From assembly GCA_024277755.1 (NCBI GenBank), contig JAJRUN010000126.1, positions 12 to 64,011 of the forward strand: a DNA stretch of 64,000 bases. Reading direction: 5' to 3'. Position 1 is the first letter of the stretch, and every line of letters begins with the position of its first letter. The position numbers and the translations under genes were made by a program. Below are positions 49,925-59,186 of this stretch, in pieces. This DNA comes from Gammaproteobacteria bacterium. GTDB taxonomy: Bacteria > Pseudomonadota > Gammaproteobacteria > Tenderiales > Tenderiaceae. The notes beneath the pieces were generated by a model. The model was not told the origin of the DNA, did not search any database, and saw only the letters and a list, made by a program, of their open reading frames with translations.

Positions 49925-50839
49925 ATGTATCTACCATCCATACGCCAACTGCAATACCTCATCGCCGTGGTGGAACTGCGCCATTTTGGCCAGGCGGCCG
50001 AACGCTGCTTTGTCACCCAGTCCACCCTTAGCAGCGCCATTCAAGAACTGGAAACCCTGCTCGGCGCACAACTGCTGGAGCGCACCAAACGCAAGGTCAT
50101 GCCCACAGATCTGGGCCTGGAGATGGCCGAAAGGGCACGCCAGGTACTGCAACTGTCCGCCGAAATGGTAGAACTGGCACAACAGGAAAAGGCACCGCTA
50201 AGCGGCAAACTCAAGCTCGGCGTCATTCCCACCATCGGCCCCTTCCTGCTGCCACAGGTGCTGCCCAGCATTCGCAAGTCATATCCCAGGCTTGAGCTAT
50301 ACTTGATCGAAGACCAGACCGCCCGCCTGATCGAACGACTCAACAGCGGTGAAATCGACGCCGCCATTCTCGCCCTGCCCTTTGAACTGGGACAGCTGCA
50401 ATCAGCTACATTCTGGAAAGAATCATTCTGGGTTGCCTTGCCCAAAGGCCACCCCTTGAGTGAAGGTGGCGCGATCGGCTCGGTAAAGCTGCCCAGCGAT
50501 GAACTACTGATGCTCGAAGAAGGCCACTGCATGCGCGACCACGCCCTCTCCGCCTGTCACCTGTCTAACCTGCAACACAGCGCCACCTTTCAGGGCACCA
50601 GTCTTTACACCCTGATCGAGATGGTCGCTGGCGGCCAGGGCATCACCTTCCTGCCAGCAATGGCCGTCGATTCCGGCATGGCCAAACGCCGCAACATCAG
50701 CCTGCGACCACTGGCAGAAAAAGGCCCGCACCGCGAGATCGGCCTGGCCTGGCGCGCCACCTATCACCGCAAACATGATCTACAATTGTTAATGGAATAC
50801 ATGACCGAGGTACTGGAAAAAAAGGCCAGCAAAAAATGA
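49925..50839 (+). CDS. oxyR: LysR-family peroxide sensor OxyR
   Basis: 304 aa with an N-terminal HTH. LLMLEEGHCMRDHALSAC aligns with the E. coli OxyR Cys199/Cys208 redox switch (LLMLEDGHCLRDQAMGFC). Confidence 0.88.
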   Translation: MYLPSIRQLQYLIAVVELRHFGQAAERCFVTQSTLSSAIQELETLLGAQLLERTKRKVMPTDLGLEMAERARQVLQLSAEMVELAQQEKAPLSGKLKLGVIPTIGPFLLPQVLPSIRKSYPRLELYLIEDQTARLIERLNSGEIDAAILALPFELGQLQSATFWKESFWVALPKGHPLSEGGAIGSVKLPSDELLMLEEGHCMRDHALSACHLSNLQHSATFQGTSLYTLIEMVAGGQGITFLPAMAVDSGMAKRRNISLRPLAEKGPHREIGLAWRATYHRKHDLQLLMEYMTEVLEKKASKK

Positions 50840-50885
50840 GTGTTTGTTACTCTATCCAATCCACCAAACAAAGGCGCAACAACCC

Positions 50886-51590
50886 ATGAATCAAGGTTAC
50901 TTCATCACCGGCACCGACACCGACGTCGGCAAAACCTGGATCAGCCTCGGCATTGTCGAAGCCTTAAAACAACAAGGCAAAAAGGTCGGCGTGATGAAGC
51001 CCATCTCCGCCGGTTGTGAAAAAACAGCCAACGGCCTGCACAATGAAGATGCAATACTGCTACAAAAACACAGCAACATTGAACAGGATTATGACCAGAT
51101 CAACCCCTACGCCTTCGAACCCGCCATCGCTCCGCATATTGCCGCCGCCGATGCCGGCGTTCGCATCGACATCGAAACCCTGCACCAGCAACTGCACACA
51201 ATAAAACAACACAGCGACAGCGTGGTGGTGGAAGGCGCCGGTGGCTGGCTGGTACCGCTGAACGATTTTCAAACCATGGCCGACATGGCCAAACGATTTG
51301 AGTTACCGGTAATTCTGGTGGTCGGCATGCGCCTGGGTTGTTTGAGCCACGCCCTCCTCAGTGTTGAAGCAATACGCGCCAGCGGCCTGCCACTGGTCGG
51401 CTGGATTGCCAATCAGGTGTCAACTGAAATGAACTGCCTGGATGAAAACATTAAAACACTGCAACAAATGATTGACGCACCCATGCTCGGACAGATCCCC
51501 CACCTTGAATGGCTGGACGCCATCACCATCGCCGCCAAGATCAAGCTGCCAGCCGAACGCAACAGCCTCAGACCTGACTGGGCGGTTTAA
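50886..51590 (+). CDS. bioD: Dethiobiotin synthetase
   Basis: MNQGYFITGTDTDVGKT P-loop. I prefer the ATG at 50886 to the tracked TTG at 50844. Confidence 0.9.
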   Translation: MNQGYFITGTDTDVGKTWISLGIVEALKQQGKKVGVMKPISAGCEKTANGLHNEDAILLQKHSNIEQDYDQINPYAFEPAIAPHIAAADAGVRIDIETLHQQLHTIKQHSDSVVVEGAGGWLVPLNDFQTMADMAKRFELPVILVVGMRLGCLSHALLSVEAIRASGLPLVGWIANQVSTEMNCLDENIKTLQQMIDAPMLGQIPHLEWLDAITIAAKIKLPAERNSLRPDWAV

Positions 51591-51728
51591 GCCACTCTCT
51601 AAAGATTATCAGTCCCTTCCAGAAGAAAAAACATAAACACCTCCCTGCCTTCACCCGCATCAAATAAGTCACACCTTATTCGTGGTAATATTCGCGCCGT
51701 AGGCAATAACAATCTCTGGGGCAGTATC

Positions 51729-52828
51729 GTGGTTACAACTGTCAGACTCATCTTCATTTCACTCGTCTCAATATTTTTGCTATCCGGCTGTGGTGGCAAC
51801 AGCAATGCAAACTTTGAAGACCCCAACCTGGAAGCCTGTGTTAATAAAGCGGTTAGTAATAGCGAGGTTGCTGAGGCGCAAGAGTTAACTGAACTCAATT
51901 GTTGGGGCAAACAAATCACCTCTATAAAGGGGCTGGAAAAACTGACCAACCTAACCAATCTCCAACTAGGCAATAACAACATCAGTGACATCAGTGCATT
52001 ATCAGGACTAAGTGACCTAACACACTTATACCTAAGTTGGAATAACATCAATGACATCAGAGCACTATCAAAACTATCTGGCTTAACAAACCTCCAACTA
52101 AACGGCAACAAGCTCACCGACCTCAGTGCGCTGGCAGGACTGACAAACCTGTCGTCGCTCACTCTGTACGGCAACAATCTCACTGACATCAGCACACTGG
52201 CAGAACTGACCAACCTGTCGTCGCTTGACCTGGGCTACAACAATCTCACTGACATCAGCACACTGGCAGGACTGAACAACCTGTCCTCGCTCAACCTGAG
52301 CAACAACAAGCTCTCTGACATCAGCACACTAACAGAACTGACCAACCTGTCGTGGCTCAACTTGCGTAACAACGATCTCACTGACATCACAGCCTTGGCA
52401 GAGCAGGAAATTTAAGACATATCGACCTAAGCAACAACAAGCTCACTGATATCGTTTTTTTAGCCGAGCTAGGGGATTTAGGCTCTCTCTATCTAGACAA
52501 CAATAACCTCAGCGATATCACTGCTCTGGTCGGGCTGACGAATCTGAGAGGACTCTATTTAAGCAATAACAATCTAACTGACATAAGCGCATTAGCGGGG
52601 CTTACTAACCTGACTGGACTCAATCTTGATAGCAACGGTCTCACCGATATCAGCACTCTAACAGGGCTAACCAACCTGTGGTGGCTCAGTTTGACCAACA
52701 ACGATCTCTCTGACATCAGTGCACTGGCTGAGCTAGTCAACTTGGAATATCTCTATATAGATTACAACAACATAACTGACTTTAGCCCTCTTGATGATCT
52801 AACCAGCCTGAAAGTAATCGAAAAATAA
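51729..52828 (+). pseudogene. Internalin-like leucine-rich-repeat lipoprotein, split by a -1 frameshift near 52404-52406
   Basis: Lipobox LLSGC, then eight 22-aa LRR units in the tracked ORF (ends 52415). My translation from 52406 in the neighbouring frame gives GNLRHIDLSNNKLTDIVFLAELGDL...LTSLKVIEK*, six more perfect units ending at TAA 52826-52828. Confidence 0.75.
51885..52825 (+). repeat. Tandem 66-nt (22-codon) LRR coding repeats, 14 units
   Basis: Units of the form LxxLxxLxLxxNxLxDIxxLxx. Units 5-8 (52140-52403) share long identical nucleotide stretches. Confidence 0.9.
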
Positions 52829-52848
52829 CAACACAATCTCAAATTTGG

Positions 52849-52875
52849 CAGGGCGATTTAATCGCCCTGGTTTCA
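52849..52875 (+). terminator. Hairpin terminator after the LRR gene
   Basis: 9-bp stem cagggcgat/atcgccctg with a 3-nt loop, then gtttcat (weak U-run). Confidence 0.5.
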
Positions 52876-53067
52876 TCCCTAATCAACCATAGACCACCCA
52901 CAATTTCCGCCAATCAGCAGCGCTAATAACCAATTAAACCCACGGGTAAATAATTTCTTTTCCGAGCCGATACTTAGGTATAGTTTTGTCGCTGCAGTTA
53001 CGACAGGGATGTTGGCGACACATGGATGACCAACGATCGTTCATGATCATTTTTAGGGATTAATTTC

Positions 53068-56000
53068 TTGGGAGATACAACGTTGGAATTTTGCAGCAAA
53101 AAACTCGTGTTAGCCACCTTTGTCGGCCTCGCCCTGACAGGGTGTTTTGAAGATAAGGTTGAGCTGATCGGCCCGGCGGCAAGCCAGGCCAGCAGTTCGT
53201 CCTCCAGCTCTAGCACCAGCAATAACAAACCCGGCGCCAATGCCGGGGCTGATCAAACCGTTGATGAATTCAACACTGTCACCCTTGATGGCTCTGAAAG
53301 CACGGACAGCGATGGCAGCATTGCCTCTTACCGCTGGAATCAGGTGAGCAATGGCGCACCGGCCGTTACGCTGGCGAATGCAGAGACGGTTCAGGCTTCT
53401 TTCACTGCGCCGGATGTGTCTGTGGATACAAAGTTTGAATTCAGTCTGATCATTATTGACGATGACAACAGTTCCGGGATAGACAATGTAATCATTAATG
53501 TCACCGCCACTCCCGTTGCCGTGACCAATTTACCCCCTGTCTTTGATGGTGTTCCCGAAGTCGGCAAACAGCTGACATTAACCCTGAATGCACAAGACCC
53601 TATTGGTGATGCCAGCTGGTCAATCATCAGCCAACCCGGTGGGTCAGACATTACGCTGAGCACGTCGAGCGATCAGAAAACCCTGACCTTTACGCCAACA
53701 GTGGCGGGAGATTACCAATTGCTGGTGGAGTCCAGCACTACGTCCTCCAGCCAGGCCATTAACTTTGCGGTTGCCGCCGCAACTCCAAGCTTTAACAGCG
53801 ATCAAATCAATGCCTTAAGTGGCAGTTCAACCACCGCGCTGGGCACAATTCAAAATCAGGTTTGGGTCAGTTCGACCAGTCTGACTGAGGCGCAAATAAC
53901 CGCCTTGGTGTCTGATATGACCGGTTTTACCATCATAGATTTTGACGAAAGTGCAGGCCTATTAATTGAATTTGACGCAACCAATACCAGCATTCCAGAG
54001 CTGCTGGCGCAACTGGAAATGACAGCGGGAATCGATAGTGTGGAACCCCGTATTTTTGAAGGACTGGGAACGGGTAAAGATGAGGCCATTACACCCAATG
54101 ACGGCAGTGCATTTGATGATTTGGGTGATAACTGGCATTTGGAACAACTTAAACTCACTGATGCCTGGGAATTCACCACGGGTAACAGTGCTGTGTTGGT
54201 GGGGGTTTCTGATGGCGGTTTTGATAGCCGCCACGATGAGTTGGGCGGCCGGGTGTTGTTGCAATATACCGACGACCTGTCTGCTCACGGCAACGCCATT
54301 GCTGCTACCATCGGTGGCAACACGAATAATGGTGTGGGCATCAGCGCCATCAACTGGGTGTCACCCCTGGTGCTGGCTGACAATCAGCTCAGCAGTGTCG
54401 CCGCGCTGTTGAATGTGAACAACCTGAAGGTCGTCAATGGCGGCTGGGCCATCCCCGGCTATATTGATGAGTCGTTTTCTATTTTCAGTGCCAGTTCGGT
54501 GATGGCGCGTTACGAACAGACCCTAACCCTGACCCGCCCTTATCGCCAGTTGGCCAAAACCCATCCACAGCAGTTATTGGTCTGGTCGGCAGGCAATGGC
54601 GTCAACAACGGCAGCAGCAATGTCACTGGTGTCTACGGTGTGGATGGCCGCCTGCACAGCCCGGCGCTGCATTATGACGACAACGGTTTTTTCAATCCCA
54701 TGGACAACGTCATTTTTGTTGGCGCAATGACCAGTGATAGTCGCTTGAAGCATTACAGCAACTATGGCAAGGCGGTGGATATTGTCGCGCCGAGTGGCTA
54801 CAAGGCCGCCGCGCTGGAAGGTGGCTATTTCAGCGCCAACAGCTACGGCAGCAATGAGGCCAGCGGCACCGGCTTTGATGGCACATCGTCTGCGGCGGCC
54901 GCAGTATCAGGCGTTGCCTCTTTGATCTATTCTCTCTATCCCTCATTCACCGGTCAGGAGGTAAAAGAGATCCTGATCAACAGTGCCAGTGAAACCGTCA
55001 GCGAACGTTATATTGGCCCGGGCGATGCAGGCACCGACAACGCCAATATCAAAGCCCTGCCACGCGCCATTCCGGTTCTGGATGCAGCCGCTGCCTTGAC
55101 CATGGCCAAGAGCATTGTCGACAGCAAGGTTGCTGTGGCTGATTACACCCTCCCCAATCCATTGACGGCTCAGGCACGCATCCAGTTCAAATCACTCGAT
55201 GCCGATAGCACCGTGACTGCGATCAACTGGTCTTTGCAGTCATCAGCCAACGGGGTGAATGGTTGGACAACGGTTACTGCCATGAATGTCAACGGTGATC
55301 TGGCCGAACCAACACTGGATACCAGCAGACCGTATCACCGGCTGACGGCCACTGTCACCCTGACAAACACGGCGGATTCGTCCACCAGTCAGGCCAGCAA
55401 AACCTATGACTTTTCCTATTCCACCATCAAGGCCACTCTTAAAGATACGGTCACCCTAGCGGCCCTAAGCGGTGTGACAATCACCCCCGAAGGTCTGAAT
55501 GGGCAAACATTTACCAGCACCGCAACCTCGAACGCTAATGGCGAGATTACTCTCTACGTCAACCAGGGTGCTTATAAGCTGTTAAGCACACTGACAGACT
55601 ATCAGGACGGGGCCATCAGTTTCACGGCTGATGGCGAAACCGATCAAAGCTTTGATTTCTACATGGCCAGTGCTGATCTGGTTCCGACGGATGGTGTGGG
55701 CGGCGTCAGCTCGTTGAGCGGTTATATCTTTGATCTGAATGGTGACCCGGTGGCAGAGGCCGTGGTTCGAATCTCTGGCGGTGCCAGCACCAACGGCTTT
55801 TTCGCCTCGGTGATTACCGGCAGTGACGGCCGTTTTGGCTTCTCCAACATATCGCGCAAGGATGCCAGCGGCAACGCCATTCAATCGTTTACCGTTCAGG
55901 CAACTGCTGAGAACTTTTTCAGTTCAACCAAAGAGGGCTTTGTTTTATTGTCGGGCAAAGATCACACCGAGGTCATCCCGCTGGTGGATCAAAGTCAGTT

Positions 56001-56874
56001 CGGTGAGACGCTGTTTGCAGATGACTTTGAGTCTGGCATCAACGATTGGCTGGCCGATGGCTTCTGGCATCAGGAGACACTCGACGGCAGCATCGCCAAC
56101 ACACTGGTAGATGGTGGCTTCACTTCGCTGGCACCCGATGAAGCCGGCCCGCAAGCACTGCTGCCGTTTGCCACCAGTGGTGACATGGCCTGGTGGTATG
56201 GTCAGGCCGACACCGGTTCCTTCATCGGCACGCAAAGCGCTAATGATTCGCAGCAAAGCGGTGGACGTTCCGAAGAAGATAATAGCGGCCAGCTATCCAC
56301 CCCGAGCATTGATCTGACCAATGCCATATCGCCAGTGCTGTTGTTCAATACTTGGTGGGAGGTAGAGTCGGTCAACCCCAATGCATCGGGTTTCGATATT
56401 CTTGAAATATTGATCAGTACCAACGATGGCAGCACCTATACCTCGATCAAACGCTTGAATCCGTTTGTCGATCCTAACGACTCGGATCGTAATCACAAGC
56501 CCTTCTCATCCGGCGGTTTTTTCCGCAAGCCAGTCTGGGTTATCGAAGAAATGGATCTCAGTGATTACGTTGGCAAGACCATTAGGATTCAATTCAAGTT
56601 TGATACCCGGGATGCTCTGTACAACGGTTTTCGCGGCTGGATCATCGATGATTTACGTGTGATTGATGTGACTTCAATCACCACAGGGTCAGGGGCAAGC
56701 TCAGGATCTGGCCTGGGTTCAGACTCAGGGGCAGCCTTGAACATAGGCATAAAAACTTCGGCACCGCTGGAACAAACAGTGCCGCAAGGTTACTTCAGTG
56801 GTTTGAGTGAGTCATTTCTGGACGCACACAAACGCCCTAAAGAATCTAAGGAGCTACCGCCAGCCAGCCGTTAA
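53068..56874 (+). CDS. Large secreted/lipoprotein subtilisin-family (S8) serine peptidase with PKD-like and beta-sandwich accessory domains
   Basis: 1268 aa. Lipobox LALTGC and a Ser-rich linker. PKD-like module (ANAGADQTV...TLDGSESTDSDGSIASYRW). S8 triad blocks VGVSDGGFD, HGNAIAATIGG, GTSSAAAAVSGVASL. TTG start. Confidence 0.8.
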   Translation: MGDTTLEFCSKKLVLATFVGLALTGCFEDKVELIGPAASQASSSSSSSSTSNNKPGANAGADQTVDEFNTVTLDGSESTDSDGSIASYRWNQVSNGAPAVTLANAETVQASFTAPDVSVDTKFEFSLIIIDDDNSSGIDNVIINVTATPVAVTNLPPVFDGVPEVGKQLTLTLNAQDPIGDASWSIISQPGGSDITLSTSSDQKTLTFTPTVAGDYQLLVESSTTSSSQAINFAVAAATPSFNSDQINALSGSSTTALGTIQNQVWVSSTSLTEAQITALVSDMTGFTIIDFDESAGLLIEFDATNTSIPELLAQLEMTAGIDSVEPRIFEGLGTGKDEAITPNDGSAFDDLGDNWHLEQLKLTDAWEFTTGNSAVLVGVSDGGFDSRHDELGGRVLLQYTDDLSAHGNAIAATIGGNTNNGVGISAINWVSPLVLADNQLSSVAALLNVNNLKVVNGGWAIPGYIDESFSIFSASSVMARYEQTLTLTRPYRQLAKTHPQQLLVWSAGNGVNNGSSNVTGVYGVDGRLHSPALHYDDNGFFNPMDNVIFVGAMTSDSRLKHYSNYGKAVDIVAPSGYKAAALEGGYFSANSYGSNEASGTGFDGTSSAAAAVSGVASLIYSLYPSFTGQEVKEILINSASETVSERYIGPGDAGTDNANIKALPRAIPVLDAAAALTMAKSIVDSKVAVADYTLPNPLTAQARIQFKSLDADSTVTAINWSLQSSANGVNGWTTVTAMNVNGDLAEPTLDTSRPYHRLTATVTLTNTADSSTSQASKTYDFSYSTIKATLKDTVTLAALSGVTITPEGLNGQTFTSTATSNANGEITLYVNQGAYKLLSTLTDYQDGAISFTADGETDQSFDFYMASADLVPTDGVGGVSSLSGYIFDLNGDPVAEAVVRISGGASTNGFFASVITGSDGRFGFSNISRKDASGNAIQSFTVQATAENFFSSTKEGFVLLSGKDHTEVIPLVDQSQFGETLFADDFESGINDWLADGFWHQETLDGSIANTLVDGGFTSLAPDEAGPQALLPFATSGDMAWWYGQADTGSFIGTQSANDSQQSGGRSEEDNSGQLSTPSIDLTNAISPVLLFNTWWEVESVNPNASGFDILEILISTNDGSTYTSIKRLNPFVDPNDSDRNHKPFSSGGFFRKPVWVIEEMDLSDYVGKTIRIQFKFDTRDALYNGFRGWIIDDLRVIDVTSITTGSGASSGSGLGSDSGAALNIGIKTSAPLEQTVPQGYFSGLSESFLDAHKRPKESKELPPASR

Positions 56875-56901
56875 AAAGCTGCATTTCAAGCAAAAAAACA
56901 G

Positions 56902-56931
56902 AGGCCTCTGATAATTCAGGGGCCTTTTTTT
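56902..56931 (+). terminator. Rho-independent terminator (bidirectional context)
   Basis: 10-bp stem AGGCCTCTGA/TCAGGGGCCT (one G-U pair), 4-nt loop and T7 tail. An A-run upstream could serve the convergent DMT gene. Confidence 0.8.
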
Positions 56932-56951
56932 ATAAGCAAAAAAGGACTGAC

Positions 56952-57869
56952 TCAAGCCCTCCTTGTTTCCATGTGCATCAACCACAGGCCACTGGCGATA
57001 ATCACCACCGCCCCTACGGCTGTCCACAGATCTACTATATCGCTAAAGATAAAATAACCCAGCAATACCCCCCACAACATCTGCACATAATGAATCGAAG
57101 CGGCGGTTGCAGTGCGGGCATAGGCAAAGGCACGCGCCAGACTAATGGCACCAAAGGCCGACACCCCACCCATAAAGATAAGATAAACCAAGTCTTGCAG
57201 GCGCGGCGCTTGCAAGTCTGCGAAAAAAAACAACAACAAAATCGAGATAATGACCAGGTGTGGATAAAAAGCCCACGACAATAGAGTGTGCTGACTGTCA
57301 CGCATGTAGCGGGCAGTGATATTGACCAGCGAAAAAAACAGCGCCGAAATCAACGCCGCCAATGAGGCAAGCTCAAAAGGAATCAAACCCGGCCGCAGAA
57401 TAATCAACACCCCGGCAAAACCGATCAAGATGCATAACACATGCTTCAAGCTGAGTTTGTCTTTCAACAGCGGAATCGCCAGTAAGGCAGAAAACATCGG
57501 CGCAACAAACACAATCGCATAGGCCTTGGCCAAGGGCAAATGACTAAAGGCGTAAACGATCAACGATAGCTGCACAAATACCAGCACACCACGCAAAAGA
57601 TGCAGTTTGATGCGTTTATCTTTCAGGGTATTTTTAATGCCACCCAGCCAGGGCGACAACAGCAACAACAGCAACAAACCAAACACTGAGTTATATAACA
57701 CCAGCGAATAGGTCGAATAGTAACTACTCAGGTACTTGATAGTGGCATCGCCAAAGGAGAGCAGGCTAAAACCTAGCAGCGCCAGCAAGATACCTTTGGC
57801 CGCACCGTCTTTGATTGAATCCATGTAGAGAAAGCGCCCATGACTATTGTTATAGGCGCATTCTCTCAC
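56952..57869 (-). CDS. DMT-superfamily (EamA-type) transporter
   Basis: About 10 TM segments in two EamA-like halves. The likely true start is ATG 57824 (MDSIKDGAAKG). Confidence 0.75.
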   Translation of the reverse strand: MRECAYNNSHGRFLYMDSIKDGAAKGILLALLGFSLLSFGDATIKYLSSYYSTYSLVLYNSVFGLLLLLLLSPWLGGIKNTLKDKRIKLHLLRGVLVFVQLSLIVYAFSHLPLAKAYAIVFVAPMFSALLAIPLLKDKLSLKHVLCILIGFAGVLIILRPGLIPFELASLAALISALFFSLVNITARYMRDSQHTLLSWAFYPHLVIISILLLFFFADLQAPRLQDLVYLIFMGGVSAFGAISLARAFAYARTATAASIHYVQMLWGVLLGYFIFSDIVDLWTAVGAVVIIASGLWLMHMETRRA

Positions 57870-57900
57870 ACAACAACGAAGCAGCCGAAGCTGGACTTAA

Positions 57901-58170
57901 TCAAGCATGGTGAAACATGTTGTCATGCAACAAAATCTCTTTGACATGCCGGCTGCACAACACCGGCAAAAATGATTTGATCCGGCTGCCTGTTTTAAGC
58001 TTGCTTAGCTCGCCTTCATAAATAACACGCACCTGCTGTTCATCCACATGATATTGCACGGCGATTGACTCAATAACACTGCCATGAATATCCGCTTCCT
58101 TGCCTGCCACTTGTTCAGTTCTCATGGTTTTCACCCTCTTGATCTGCCCAACAGTCAAAGCAATGCGCAC
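57901..58170 (-). CDS. Small hypothetical protein (possibly DUF3562-like)
   Basis: 89-aa ORF; the internal start at 58125 (MRTEQVAG) is plausible. Family resemblance is from memory only. Confidence 0.35.
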   Translation of the reverse strand: MRIALTVGQIKRVKTMRTEQVAGKEADIHGSVIESIAVQYHVDEQQVRVIYEGELSKLKTGSRIKSFLPVLCSRHVKEILLHDNMFHHA

Positions 58171-58409
58171 CCTCCAATAACACTGCTACCTCTTTCGTAT
58201 ACAGAAGCTACCACTCATACATGACAGGGTTATTTCAGTTTTATTACATATAACCCAGTCTATTAATAGGTTATTACTGGAAAACAGACGTTTGAAGCAA
58301 ACCGGTTTGAAACACAAGACTTGATTGCTGGACAGTCTTTTACTCTGCAAAAATACCAAGGCAAGGAATTCCGGCCTACCCAGCCGCAGCTAAATTCGTT
58401 CATCACACG

Positions 58410-59009
58410 CTACTCGGCCAACAACTGCCTCACCCCCCCGACCAGATCCTGCGCGGAGGCATTAATCCTGAAAAACGTTCTGATACGTCCCTGCTGGTCA
58501 ATCAGATAAATAATGGCGTTGTGGGCAATGCTGTAATTACCCTCGTCATCGAATTCTTCTTTTTTAAATTTTGTGCCGTATTTTTTAGCCACCTTGGTGA
58601 TTTCATCAACACTCCCCGTCAGGGCAATAAAGCCTGGGTTGAAATATTCGACATAGGTACGCAGGCGGTCGGCATGGTCACGTTCCGGATCAAGGGTAAT
58701 AAACAGCACCTGTAGTTTATCTGCGTCATTCCCCAGTTTTTTGACCACACGCTTCATGTTAAACATGGTGGAGGGACAGATATCAGGGCAATGGGTATAA
58801 CCAAAGTTAAGCAGCACCACCTTGCCAGCAAAGTCTGACAAATTCAGGGGGAAGCCGTTGTGGTCGCTAAGAGAAAAATCGCCTCCCCAATCGTCATAAA
58901 TCTTGAGTGGTTTCTGTTGCTGCACGGGTTCGGCCATGCTGCTTGCAAAGCTAAACAGACAAAGCACGAGCATCACCAGAGCAGGCAGATTCTTATAGCG
59001 TTTATTCAC
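58410..59009 (-). CDS. SCO1/SenC-family thioredoxin-fold copper chaperone
   Basis: 199 aa with a signal/anchor sequence and a CPDICP (CxxxC) motif plus a downstream His. Confidence 0.85.
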   Translation of the reverse strand: MNKRYKNLPALVMLVLCLFSFASSMAEPVQQQKPLKIYDDWGGDFSLSDHNGFPLNLSDFAGKVVLLNFGYTHCPDICPSTMFNMKRVVKKLGNDADKLQVLFITLDPERDHADRLRTYVEYFNPGFIALTGSVDEITKVAKKYGTKFKKEEFDDEGNYSIAHNAIIYLIDQQGRIRTFFRINASAQDLVGGVRQLLAE

Positions 59010-59186
59010 TTTATTATCACTTTCCCAACGATGGTTTTATTCTAATATTTCAAACTAAAATAACTCTTGGATTCAACCAATAAGTGCATAGTCTGGATAG
59101 ATAGAGAAAGCGATACCGGAAAGAATCAAAGTGTTTGCTGACAGCCTGAAGCAGTCCTGCCAATAAACCAGGACGGCGCTGGCTAG

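Noticed and set aside
51599-52213. 204-aa minus-strand ORF, plus the 61-aa ORF at 52555..52740
   Set aside because: These are open antisense frames produced by the periodic LRR coding repeats. The plus strand has a lipobox and canonical LRR units.
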